A DNA stretch of 64,000 nucleotides from Candidatus Curtissbacteria bacterium RIFCSPLOWO2_12_FULL_41_16. Its GTDB lineage: Bacteria; Patescibacteriota; Microgenomatia; Curtissbacterales; GWA2-41-24. Shown here piece after piece: positions 1-8,275 of the stretch (positions are counted from its first letter, which is position 1; each line of letters starts with the position of its first letter). The notes under the pieces are model-generated. The model saw only the letters and a list, made by a program, of their open reading frames with translations, had not been told where the DNA came from and searched no databases. The DNA is taken from the NCBI GenBank assembly GCA_001776545.1, contig MFBZ01000016.1, positions 1,088 to 65,087 of the forward strand. The letters are read 5' to 3'. A program made the position numbers and the translations under genes.

Positions 1-131
1 TGAAGCCCGCTGACCACCTCATCAAGGGGGTGGCTATTTTTAGTCCTGAGTTCAAAGTGGGGGCTTCTTCCAAGTTTTTCCTCCTCTTTTTCTTTTACCA
101 CTTTAATCAATTGCTGCTGTTTTGATTTCAT
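1..131 (-). CDS. partial hypothetical protein (N-terminal ~43 aa; continues past window start)
   Basis: Reverse-strand ATG at 131 opens a frame (MKSKQQQLIKVVKEKEEEKLGRSPHFELRTKNSHPLDEVVSGL...) that runs off the window edge. It overlaps the upstream gene's stop (TAG at 196-198) out of frame, consistent with the same minus-strand operon. Confidence 0.3.
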   Translation of the reverse strand, partial: MKSKQQQLIKVVKEKEEEKLGRSPHFELRTKNSHPLDEVVSGL

Positions 132-195
132 AACTTCAGCTCTTTCCGCAAAGTCTGCAGTTGCAGTAAAGATTTTGTTTGTTTTTTCCAGGTTT

Positions 196-579
196 CTACG
201 GATTTGAGTACTCTTGTTCTGGCTTTTCCTGACACCAAGAACCATCTGGATTTCTCCTTCCGCAAGACCAGAACTTCCCGTATTGGCCTTCCCTGAGCTT
301 CATTGGCGTCTCATGGACTGGGCAAACAGGGGCGAGCACCGCCTGAGCCTGCTCAGGTGTGTCAATTATTTTCCCAAAAGATTGACCATTAGTTTTCCTC
401 TGGCCATTTATTACTCCATTCCAAAGCTGCGGTTTCGTGCCCAAAGAGTTGGTGACTTTTTGATATAAGGCTCTGGCGAAAGGGTACATCTTATTCATTT
501 CCTCCCTGTCTGAAGCCTGGACATGGACTGTGTGTTTCCCGTCTGTTGAAAGATACAGTTCAATCACCTTTAGATTCAC
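196..579 (-). CDS. hypothetical protein with C-terminal topoisomerase-type C4 zinc ribbon (CPVH...WSCG...SWC)
   Basis: 127-aa ORF. C-terminal CxxH-x16-CxxxxxxxxC Zn-ribbon-like motif. Translationally coupled to the neighbouring small ORFs. Confidence 0.5.
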   Translation of the reverse strand: MNLKVIELYLSTDGKHTVHVQASDREEMNKMYPFARALYQKVTNSLGTKPQLWNGVINGQRKTNGQSFGKIIDTPEQAQAVLAPVCPVHETPMKLREGQYGKFWSCGRRNPDGSWCQEKPEQEYSNP

Positions 580-754
580 CTCCTTGCGATAAAAATTTTG
601 GCTTGAATTGGTCGTAATAGCTCATGTAGTTTTTTGCGATAAATTTTGAGGCTTTTTGTTTTGACCATTTGTGAAACACCACATCAAAGTTGATGTCTTT
701 GCCATACCTTCTGTAAATTGCCACAACAGCTTCACTTTGACGCAAAGTAGCCAT
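560..754 (-). CDS. hypothetical small protein
   Basis: 64-aa ORF overlapping the neighbours' start and stop in an operon-like arrangement. No recognisable domain. Confidence 0.35.
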   Translation of the reverse strand: MATLRQSEAVVAIYRRYGKDINFDVVFHKWSKQKASKFIAKNYMSYYDQFKPKFLSQGGESKGD

Positions 755-956
755 TTAGTTCACCTCCCCAAATGCGGTTAATCAACTCTTTGTGCTCATT
801 TAAGGCTCGTTCAAGTTCATCGGCCATATCCATGAGTGCCTTTGGTTGACTGTCTGCCTCACATTTGTTACCATCAAAAATGCCGAAAGAATCCATAATT
901 CTTTGCTTACAAGGTAGGGAGTTTGGCCTTTCGGCTTTCTTATGTTTATGTCTCAT
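732..956 (-). CDS. hypothetical small protein
   Basis: 74-aa ORF, first gene of a minus-strand four-gene cassette. Confidence 0.35.
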   Translation of the reverse strand: MRHKHKKAERPNSLPCKQRIMDSFGIFDGNKCEADSQPKALMDMADELERALNEHKELINRIWGGELNGYFASK

Positions 957-1258
957 TTATGTTTTGAAATATATTCGCCTCCGTTCTATAGGTTATTAAA
1001 TATAGAATAGCACAGTACGCTGCATTGTCAAGTAAAATCTCCCTAAATAATTTAGTTTATGTTGTTGGGATAATCTAATTTTAGTAGAGTTTTGATGAGT
1101 TCTGAAGTTGTATATTTTTGACTGAAGATGAACTACAAGCCTTTTTATTTCTTTTAGTATTGCATTATTAAGGGTACAGCTATTTAGATGTACCTATACT
1201 ATGAGAACAACGGGGTTAACTTAAAAAATAAGGGTAAATGTGATAGCATACTGCCATT

Positions 1259-1675
1259 ATGCCTAAGAAAGCTATTTCTCCTGATTCACTACCATTTAAG
1301 CTTGACCTTAATCAAGTATTTGGAACAATCCGTGTTTCAAGTGTCTTAAAAGATATGATTTATGTAGTCCTATTTTTTCTTGTATTCATCTTATTTTTAG
1401 TTTTTCTAAAGGCAAGTGTTTGGATTATTATTGCATCATTTGTTATCTTAATACCGATACTTCTATTTTTTGGGTATTGTTATTATTTTCTTATGCGTAA
1501 TGACCCAGATTCATTGCGTTCAGAAACTTATAAATTACAAAAACAGCGATTAGAAATGATGGGTAGGAAAGGACAAGAGATACCTGCTCAAGCCATAGAG
1601 GCAGAACTCGTAATTGGAAAACCAGAAGAAAAAAATATAAGAAAAGAACTAAAGAAAGGAAGCGGTAAAAAATGA
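1259..1675 (+). CDS. hypothetical 2TM membrane protein
   Basis: 138 aa. Two strongly hydrophobic helices (VVLFFLVFILFLVFL / IIIASFVILIPILLFFGYCYYFL) followed by a charged tail. First gene of a plus-strand four-gene cassette. Confidence 0.5.
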   Translation: MPKKAISPDSLPFKLDLNQVFGTIRVSSVLKDMIYVVLFFLVFILFLVFLKASVWIIIASFVILIPILLFFGYCYYFLMRNDPDSLRSETYKLQKQRLEMMGRKGQEIPAQAIEAELVIGKPEEKNIRKELKKGSGKK

Positions 1676-1950
1676 ACGCATATTTATTTGTATTCAATAG
1701 AAATACTTCGGTTGATTATAATAAACTGCATGAAAATATAAAAAGCGATAGGCACATTAGTAATTGGTGGCATTATTTAAATTCTGCTTATATTTTAATA
1801 TCGTCTTATGATGCCAATCAATTAGCGGATAGTATCAGAAGTTATTATCCTTATCAATTACTTGTAATTAAAATTACTAAAAGTAATTATCAAGGTTGGT
1901 TGCCACAAGATGCATGGGATTGGATTTCCAAAAATGTCCCTTATCAATAA
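1672..1950 (+). CDS. hypothetical protein
   Basis: 92 aa. ATGA overlap with the upstream gene. Trp/Tyr-rich. No recognised domain. Confidence 0.45.
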   Translation: MNAYLFVFNRNTSVDYNKLHENIKSDRHISNWWHYLNSAYILISSYDANQLADSIRSYYPYQLLVIKITKSNYQGWLPQDAWDWISKNVPYQ

Positions 1951-1979
1951 TGAAAAGTAGGATTTTCTCCAAAAGATAA

Positions 1980-2498
1980 TTGATAGCTAAAATAACAATG
2001 GGAAAATATGCAATTGCCATAAGAGATTCAGGCGAACTTTTCCTCATGTTCCTTATTCGTAGAGGTGTGAAGGGTGATGTCTATGTTAATTTTAATAAAC
2101 GTGATTCTAAACACAAACCACACTCAAGCTACCACTTATCGGGACAGCTTCACCACAAATCTTACAACAAAATTCTTCTTCCTGTTACAAAAAAACAATC
2201 ACCAACTCAAAACTTTAGAGGCTCTGAAGCTATTATTGCGACAAGTATTCAAAGAGGCGATGGTAGAACATGGAATATCCCCTGTAAGAAAAAGGATTTT
2301 TCAGAAATAATGGAAATACCCGATGAAATCATTACCCCAAAATTTGGATATCAATTAATAGTAGAGCTTGTTGAAGCAGGTAGTTTACCAGAAACTTCGA
2401 AATCTAAATACACGCGAATTATTAAACAACATTTTTTCAAAAAAGGTAACCCATGGATTGTCGCTTCACTTTGTGAAGTTAGTGCATCTTTTACTTGA
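1980..2498 (+). CDS. hypothetical protein
   Basis: 172 aa. His-rich stretch (RDSKHKPHSSYHLSGQLHHKSY). No recognised domain. Confidence 0.45.
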   Translation: MIAKITMGKYAIAIRDSGELFLMFLIRRGVKGDVYVNFNKRDSKHKPHSSYHLSGQLHHKSYNKILLPVTKKQSPTQNFRGSEAIIATSIQRGDGRTWNIPCKKKDFSEIMEIPDEIITPKFGYQLIVELVEAGSLPETSKSKYTRIIKQHFFKKGNPWIVASLCEVSASFT

Positions 2499-2945
2499 AT
2501 GAATTATTTTAATCAGCTTAGTCTAGTACAAAAAGTAATCTTGATTTCTATAGCAGGAGTGGTATCAATCATTGCACTTGTAGGACTATCGGAGACTTAT
2601 CAGGATTACTATGTAAGTGCGGCATTGGCACGAGCATTTTTCTGGGGTATCTTGCTATTAGTGTTGTCATCTCCATTTATTTACTTAGCAAGAAGGAAAA
2701 ACAATAAGGGTAAAGCAGAAAAAGAGCTAGAAAAAGCTAAGAGGTTGGCTGCCGAGGATAAAGAAAAAACAAAAAGAGCCTTGGAGAAACTAGAGGAAAT
2801 TAATCAATCTGAAACGATTACAGGTTGGAATGACATTCCAGTAAATAGGCATGTTGCAGGTTCGGTTGTTTATAAAATAAAACATAACACACCTTTGGAT
2901 AATAAGGAAGAAAATCTACTAAAATCTATAAAAGACAAACTTTAA
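2499..2945 (+). CDS. hypothetical 2TM membrane protein with coiled-coil segment
   Basis: 148 aa. Two TM helices then a Lys/Glu-rich coiled coil. Immediately follows the previous ORF. Confidence 0.5.
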   Translation: MNYFNQLSLVQKVILISIAGVVSIIALVGLSETYQDYYVSAALARAFFWGILLLVLSSPFIYLARRKNNKGKAEKELEKAKRLAAEDKEKTKRALEKLEEINQSETITGWNDIPVNRHVAGSVVYKIKHNTPLDNKEENLLKSIKDKL

Positions 2946-3211
2946 AGTCTTAGAGGTTAAGTGAGCTTGAAGATAATTTAAAAGAATGGATAAGCCAGGC
3001 CTGAAGAAAAAGCTTAGTTTGTCGACCATTCATAGTTAGTAATTAGTAAACTACTTGTAAATTAAGGAATCTTCCCACATTAGCTGGACTAAACTCAAAA
3101 GAATTGATAGTATGCCAAAGGTTCCTTATTTCGTCTAATAAGGCCGACCAAGTTAGAATAACTCGGTGGGTTTGACAAAATCAGTTAGAAAAAAGTTACA
3201 ATGGATATAGA

Positions 3212-3607
3212 ATGACAACTGCCGTTAAAGCAGAAGAGCTACCTCTTAAGCCACCTGGAAGCGAAACACCCGGACCGCCGCCTGAGGATCCAAATAGCCC
3301 AGAAGCCAAACAAAGACGTGCGGATGAACTTCAAAGACGATTAGATGCTTTGCTGCAGGGGAGTAACCAAGCTGCTAGTCATATTTCACTTGAAGGAGCT
3401 GATCGCAGAGAAATTACTGGATTGAAAGAAGAATTAGACCAACTACGTGGCCAAGGAATAACAAGCAGTGTCGAGCCCCGTGAATCAAAAGCGAGTTATT
3501 CATATCCCGACCGAGATTCTTTCGCTTTGCTGAGGCGCGCTGGAATCCCACCAACAACTACAAAGCCGGGTGCCTCGACAAAATCCGTTTTAAAAAGCAG
3601 GAGATAA
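3212..3607 (+). CDS. hypothetical Pro/Arg-rich protein, anomalously GC-rich (~50% vs ~40% background)
   Basis: 131-aa ORF with codon periodicity. Convergent with rpsI. Confidence 0.4.
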   Translation: MTTAVKAEELPLKPPGSETPGPPPEDPNSPEAKQRRADELQRRLDALLQGSNQAASHISLEGADRREITGLKEELDQLRGQGITSSVEPRESKASYSYPDRDSFALLRRAGIPPTTTKPGASTKSVLKSRR

Positions 3608-3683
3608 ATCAGAAACTCTCGACACTAAATCGTTTACCTTTTGGGTGATTGTCTTTCGGCGGACTCAGGAGATCGTCCTAAAC

Positions 3684-4115
3684 TTATCGTTTCGGACTCT
3701 GCTTGCCTTTTCGTGCCTTCTGGGCCAGGCCATATTTGCGGCGTTCCTTAACCCTAGGATCGCGGGTTAAAAGACCGGCTTTTTTTAAGATAGGGCGAAA
3801 ATCAGGATTGGCAAGAACCAATGCTCGTGAAAGACCGTGAACGGCAGCATCTAACTGGCCACTCTTACCTGAACCATCAACTTTGATATTTGCAAAATAC
3901 TTCTCCAGAGACTTCGTTAAAAATAAGGGTTTTTGCCACGTTACTTTAGCAATTTCTCCCGGAAAATATTTTGCGATCGGCTGATTGTTAACGATGGTTT
4001 CCCCTTTACCTTTAAACAGTCTGACTCTGGCGACAGCTTCTTTTCTGCGGCCGTGAGTAGTGACATACTGGGTATTCTTACTTTTAGTATTTGATCGTGC
4101 TGGTTCCATATTCAT
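3684..4115 (-). CDS. rpsI: 30S ribosomal protein S9
   Basis: GRRKEAVARV ... GGG..GQ..A..HG..RAL ... KARK..QSPKR hallmark motifs. Confidence 0.9.
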   Translation of the reverse strand: MNMEPARSNTKSKNTQYVTTHGRRKEAVARVRLFKGKGETIVNNQPIAKYFPGEIAKVTWQKPLFLTKSLEKYFANIKVDGSGKSGQLDAAVHGLSRALVLANPDFRPILKKAGLLTRDPRVKERRKYGLAQKARKGKQSPKR

Positions 4116-4633
4116 TTTGTGATCACGGAGGCCACAGTCGCCTTCGGCGAACCTCGCTCAATTGAGCGGGAAGGTTCTGAGGGCACTGAGTTCTGTGCCT
4201 TCTGTTTTTCTACTGTACTCTCTGTGATCAGTTTTTTATCCCCATACGGGTGTTGGGAGCCTGGATAGATATAGAGTTTTTTAATCATTTGTCTTGCGAG
4301 TTTTGTTTTCGGTAGCATACCGACAACTGCATGTTTGATGAGATCTTCAGGTTTTTTTGCTCTAACTTGCCGGGCGGACCGCTCGTTTAATCCACCGGGG
4401 TAATTTGAATGGTGCCGGTAAAGTTTTTGATTTTCTTTTTTACCAGAAAGGATAACGTCTTTAGCGTTGATAATAACTACATAATCCCCAGTATCCAAAT
4501 GGGGCGTGTAATAATTTTTACTTTTGCCCATTAATATCTTGGCGGTATTTGTGGATAGCCTTCCTAAAATTTTATTTTTGGCATCGATTAGCTGCCAGTT
4601 TCTTTGGATGTCGCCTGATTTGATGTTTTTCAT
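4112..4633 (-). CDS. rplM: 50S ribosomal protein L13
   Basis: L13 core (MKNIKSGDIQRNWQLIDAKNKILGRLST...). The track ORF runs upstream to 4840 and overlaps rplQ; I chose the internal Met at 4633. Confidence 0.85.
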   Translation of the reverse strand: MKNIKSGDIQRNWQLIDAKNKILGRLSTNTAKILMGKSKNYYTPHLDTGDYVVIINAKDVILSGKKENQKLYRHHSNYPGGLNERSARQVRAKKPEDLIKHAVVGMLPKTKLARQMIKKLYIYPGSQHPYGDKKLITESTVEKQKAQNSVPSEPSRSIERGSPKATVASVITK

Positions 4634-4649
4634 GCTAACAAAGATTTCT

Positions 4650-5150
4650 CTAATTTCTTGCCTGTGCGAGATTGCCTGCAGCTTCAGCCGCTGGCGGGCT
4701 AACAACCACTGATTTTGCCGAAGTCTTGCGTGACAACTTTTTCGGCGTCTTATTTTTAGCCTTCGTGCTTTTTGGGACAACAGACTTTTCCTTTTCCCCC
4801 ATTTCAATAAATTCAAGCCTTGCCATCTGGGCAGCATCACCTCGTCTGATGTCTAATTTGATTATTCTCGTGTAACCGCCTATTCTCTTGATATTAGCTC
4901 GCGCAATTTCGCGAGTTAATTTAAGTAAGGCTTGGTTGGTCAGAATAGATGCTAATGATCTTCGCGAATGCAAAGTATCTTTTTTGGCGTCCGTGACCAA
5001 TTTTTCGACAAAGCCGCGCACAAATTTTGCCTTTGCTAGGGTCGTGATAACAGCACCATTTGTTATTAATGAACTGGCCAGGTTGGCACGCAGCGCTTTT
5101 CTGGCGTTGGTATCTCTGGCGAGCTTGCGACCAAATTTTGCGTGTCTCAC
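4650..5150 (-). CDS. rplQ: 50S ribosomal protein L17
   Basis: MRHAKFGRKLARDTNARKALRANLASSLI... is the typical L17 N-terminus. Lys-rich C-terminal extension. Confidence 0.9.
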   Translation of the reverse strand: MRHAKFGRKLARDTNARKALRANLASSLITNGAVITTLAKAKFVRGFVEKLVTDAKKDTLHSRRSLASILTNQALLKLTREIARANIKRIGGYTRIIKLDIRRGDAAQMARLEFIEMGEKEKSVVPKSTKAKNKTPKKLSRKTSAKSVVVSPPAAEAAGNLAQARN

Positions 5151-6067
5151 TTGACATCGACTCCTTTCTCACTTAGTTTTTCTTCAACCAAAGCGATAGA
5201 TTTTGGCCCAAGATTCTTCATTTTTAAAAGATCTTTCTTGTCTTTCTGCAGAAAGTCACCGATCGTCTCAACTTTACTCGATTTTAAACTATTAGTTAAC
5301 CTCACTGGTAAATCAAGTTCTTCCAGGGATGTTTTTAAAACCTCATCGCTTGGTGGCTGACTTGTTTGAGGTTTTTGTTTTTTACTACCTGTTTGAGGTT
5401 GATAAATAGTTATGAAATGATCTACTAAAATTTTTGCCGCCTGTTTTAAGGCAAGAGATGGTTTAATTGTGCCATCGGTGGCTATCTCGATTATTAATTT
5501 GTCGTAGTTGGTAAGTCGGCCAACACGTGTTGCCTCTACTTTATAATTCACGGAAATAATTGGCGAAAAATTAGCGTCAATAGGAATAATTCCGATCTCG
5601 TCAGTTTTTCTCTCTTCGGCAAGTGAATAACCCATGCCTGTTTCGGCAACCAAACGAGCATTAAGTCTTGTTTTGGAATCCGCAAGATGAGCCAAAATTA
5701 AATCACCATTAACAATTTCCACCCCGGCTGCCGGTTCGATATCTTTTGCTTTCACTTCTTTTGGCCCTTTGACATCCAAAGTAAGCCTAACTGGTTTGTC
5801 ACCGGCAATTTTCAGTCTTACATTTTTGAGATTTAAGATAAACTCAACTATATCCTCGGTCATTCCGGGAAGAGAACTGAATTGATGGCGGATGCCGGAG
5901 ATTTTTACCTGCGTGATGGCTGCGCTCGGTAAGGACGTAAGAAGAACCCTGCGCAATGAATTGCCAATAGTATGCCCGTAACCTTGGTCTAATGGTTCAA
6001 TAATAAATTTTCCGAACTCTTGCGTTTCTTTTTCTGTTTCGATTTCAATTTGCGACAAATCGAGCAT
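5147..6067 (-). CDS. rpoA: DNA-directed RNA polymerase subunit alpha
   Basis: N-terminal and C-terminal alpha domain motifs (GHTIGNSLRRVLL; C-terminal helix-hairpin-helix region). 306 aa. Confidence 0.95.
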   Translation of the reverse strand: MLDLSQIEIETEKETQEFGKFIIEPLDQGYGHTIGNSLRRVLLTSLPSAAITQVKISGIRHQFSSLPGMTEDIVEFILNLKNVRLKIAGDKPVRLTLDVKGPKEVKAKDIEPAAGVEIVNGDLILAHLADSKTRLNARLVAETGMGYSLAEERKTDEIGIIPIDANFSPIISVNYKVEATRVGRLTNYDKLIIEIATDGTIKPSLALKQAAKILVDHFITIYQPQTGSKKQKPQTSQPPSDEVLKTSLEELDLPVRLTNSLKSSKVETIGDFLQKDKKDLLKMKNLGPKSIALVEEKLSEKGVDVK

Positions 6068-6089
6068 TTATTTCACCTCCTTTTATGCC

Positions 6090-6133
6090 CTAAGGGGACA
6101 CCTAAGGTTCCTTCTTAGTATTCCCCTTCCTTT
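6090..6133 (-). promoter_or_regulatory. repeated ~44-nt leader element, copy upstream of rpoA
   Basis: On the transcript, AAAGGAAGGGGAAUACUAAGAAGGAACCUUAGGUGUCCCCUUAG. 20/20 identity plus flanking similarity with the copy at 6768-6809. Confidence 0.5.
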
Positions 6134-6151
6134 AAAAATTTTCTTCACGAT

Positions 6152-6760
6152 TCATCTTGAGTAATACTCGACGATTAAACTTTCATTAATCGCCAGATCT
6201 TGCTCGTCACGTTTTGGTCTGGCAACAACTTTTCCGACAGTTGCCTTTTTGGCAAGCCAAGACGGTAATTTTGCATCTTTTGTTTCTTCCTGCAATTTTT
6301 TAATGAAATTTAAATTCGCAGCCTTTGCAGACAGTGAAATAACATCACCTATTTTAACATTATATGAGGAGATCGTCACCTTTTTACCGTTGACCAAAAC
6401 ATGGCCATGGGAGACAAGCTGTCTTGCTTGCGGGCGACTTTTGGCTAAATTTAATCTGTAAACCGCATTATCAAGACGATTTTCCAAAATTTCAAGCAAA
6501 GTTTGGCCGGTTGCGGATTTTTTACTGGAAGCCAATTGGTAGTATTTTTTGAACTGTCTTTCAAGAATTCCATACATTCTTTTGACTTTTTGTTTCTCTC
6601 TTAACTGGATGCCATATTCCGAAAGCTTTTTGCGGCCCTTTGCGCCATGCTGTCCTGGGGGGGCAGCATTCTTTCTGATTACCGGACATTTTGGCGAGCC
6701 ACACAGAGCTACACCTTCCGCTCGACAAAGTTTATGCTTTGGTCCTGTATATCTAGCCAT
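6152..6760 (-). CDS. rpsD: 30S ribosomal protein S4
   Basis: MARYTGPKHKLCRAEG...C...C Zn-finger-type S4 N-terminus and S4 domain. Confidence 0.95.
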   Translation of the reverse strand: MARYTGPKHKLCRAEGVALCGSPKCPVIRKNAAPPGQHGAKGRKKLSEYGIQLREKQKVKRMYGILERQFKKYYQLASSKKSATGQTLLEILENRLDNAVYRLNLAKSRPQARQLVSHGHVLVNGKKVTISSYNVKIGDVISLSAKAANLNFIKKLQEETKDAKLPSWLAKKATVGKVVARPKRDEQDLAINESLIVEYYSR

Positions 6761-6767
6761 GACACTC

Positions 6768-6809
6768 TAAGGGGCAACCAAGATTTCCCCTTAGTATTCC
6801 CCTTCCTTT
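6768..6809 (-). promoter_or_regulatory. repeated ~44-nt leader element, copy upstream of rpsD
   Basis: On the transcript, AAAGGAAGGGGAAUACUAAGGGGAAAUCUUGGUUGCCCCUUAG. Same 20-mer as at 6114-6133. Confidence 0.5.
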
Positions 6810-6838
6810 CATTGGAAATTTGAAATTGGTAATTCTCA

Positions 6839-7246
6839 TTAGACTCTTCTCTTTTTCGATGCTCTGGGTCCATTGTGTGGAATAGGTGTAACATCGGCGA
6901 TCATTGCAATATCAAGACCAACTGCTTTTAATGCACGGATCGCTCCATCTCTACCTGGACCAGCACCTTTGATGTAAACCTCTACGCTTTCAATGCCTTT
7001 TTCTTTGGCCTTTCTTGCAACTTGTTCAACTGCTGTGGTTGCAGCATAAGGTGTTGATTTTCTCGCGCCTTTAAAGCCGGAGGCACCCGCTGATCCCCAG
7101 CATATGGTCCGTCCGTTGGTGTCTGTTATTGTAACTAGCGTATTGTTAAAAGTGGCGGTAACGTAAGCGCGTCCGGCGGCGGAAGTTTCGTGAACGTTTC
7201 CGGGTTTTTTATTTAATTTGTTGGTTTTGGTGTTTTTTTTAGTCAT
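6839..7246 (-). CDS. rpsK: 30S ribosomal protein S11
   Basis: [12 protein letters not shown]...GFKG..K.TP.AA motifs. Confidence 0.95.
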   Translation of the reverse strand: MTKKNTKTNKLNKKPGNVHETSAAGRAYVTATFNNTLVTITDTNGRTICWGSAGASGFKGARKSTPYAATTAVEQVARKAKEKGIESVEVYIKGAGPGRDGAIRALKAVGLDIAMIADVTPIPHNGPRASKKRRV

Positions 7247-7665
7247 TTATTCTCGGCCACTTTGGTTATTTCTTTCGTCTTTTCAACCCTTCCTGCAGCT
7301 TCTTTTCTGACTGTACCTATGGTTATTCTTTTACCTCTTTTGGTCCTAGCATTCGTCCTTGTCCTTTGGCCACGTACCGGTAAATTCCTGGTATGACGAA
7401 TACCCCGATATGAACTTATCTCTTGAAGTCTTTTAAGATTTTCTTGAATCTCGCGCCTAAGGTCTCCTTCTACTTTGTACTCTTCTACCTTGCGCTGAAG
7501 TCTATTTATTTGCTCTTCCGTAAGATTTTTTGTCCTAGTGTTTGGGTCTATTTGACAATCAGCAATGATTTTTTTGGACAAAGTTAATCCAATCCCAAAA
7601 ATGTAGGGTAGAGCTGCTTCAATTCTTTTTTCGTTTGGCAGATCGACTCCAGCAATTCTAGCCAT
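7243..7665 (-). CDS. rpsM: 30S ribosomal protein S13
   Basis: [11 protein letters not shown]....AL..I.GIG N-terminus. Arg-rich C-terminal tail. Confidence 0.95.
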   Translation of the reverse strand: MARIAGVDLPNEKRIEAALPYIFGIGLTLSKKIIADCQIDPNTRTKNLTEEQINRLQRKVEEYKVEGDLRREIQENLKRLQEISSYRGIRHTRNLPVRGQRTRTNARTKRGKRITIGTVRKEAAGRVEKTKEITKVAENK

Positions 7666-7683
7666 AATATCCTAATTTATCCT
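7666..7683 (-). promoter_or_regulatory. 18-nt element AUUAGGAUAAAUUAGGAU abutting the rpsM start codon
   Basis: Identical 18-mer found abutting the rplC start (20238-20255). It contains tandem AGGA (SD-like) at 10-nt spacing. Confidence 0.5.
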
Positions 7684-7795
7684 AATAAGATTAGTCCGAA
7701 TTTATCCGAATGCTCCCAGTTGATTTCAATTGCTAATTTTGAGAATTGACTATTCGGATTCATTCGGATTATTTTGATTAAGACACATTGGTATT

Positions 7796-7909
7796 TCATC
7801 CCTGTCTTTGCTTATGGCGAGGGTTAGTACAAATCACATAAAGCCGACTTTTACGTTTGACGATTCTACAATTAACGCATCTTTTTTTAACGCTTGCTTG
7901 AACCTTCAT
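7796..7909 (-). CDS. rpmJ: 50S ribosomal protein L36
   Basis: Not in the ORF track (37 aa). Hand translation of the minus strand gives [37 protein letters not shown], the classic L36 Zn ribbon, at the position where L36 normally lies between infA and rpsM. Confidence 0.85.
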   Translation of the reverse strand: MKVQASVKKRCVNCRIVKRKSRLYVICTNPRHKQRQG

Positions 7910-7959
7910 GGTAAATTCAAAAACTTTTCATTTTTAACTTTTATTCTTAAATTGGCCTC

Positions 7960-8199
7960 TTATCTGTACCTAAACGTTATCCTCCCACGAGCTAAATCGT
8001 AAGGTGTCATTTCAAGTTTTACTTTGTCGCCGGGCAAAATTCTGACATAGTGAATGCGCATTTTCCCTGACAGGTGGCAAAGGACAATTTTATCTTCTTT
8101 GACGCTTGGCAGTTGGGCAGATGCAACTCTGACCCTAAACATGGTGTTGGGCAAGGCTTCTGTGACTTCGCCTTCTGCTTCAATAACGCCGGGTTTCAT
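7960..8199 (-). CDS. infA: translation initiation factor IF-1
   Basis: LPNTMFRV....G....AH.SGKMR..YIRIL.GDKV..E..PYDL..GRI.FR. Start trimmed to [10 protein letters not shown]. Confidence 0.9.
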   Translation of the reverse strand: MKPGVIEAEGEVTEALPNTMFRVRVASAQLPSVKEDKIVLCHLSGKMRIHYVRILPGDKVKLEMTPYDLARGRITFRYR

Positions 8200-8275
8200 A
8201 ATTTCCCCTTTCCCATAGTGGATATACAGCGCCATAATTTTAGAAATATTTTTCTCAAGACTATATTGTACATAA

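Noticed and set aside
3180-3700. GC-rich block considered as a structured RNA gene (RNase P RNA or tmRNA) rather than a CDS
   Set aside because: No GGAAAGUCCGG...ACAGAANCCGGCUUA P4 pair in the right order on either strand. No tRNA-like GGUUCGAnUCC T-arm/CCA end for tmRNA. The stretch has clean codon periodicity on the plus strand.
4634-4840. N-terminal 69-aa extension of the L13 ORF (track call 4112..4840), and similar upstream-extended calls for rpsC, rplF, rplE, rpmC, infA, tuf, rpsN and rpsE
   Set aside because: The extensions overlap the preceding gene's coding sequence and have no counterpart in the protein families. Internal Met starts restore the canonical N-termini and normal 0-30-nt spacers.
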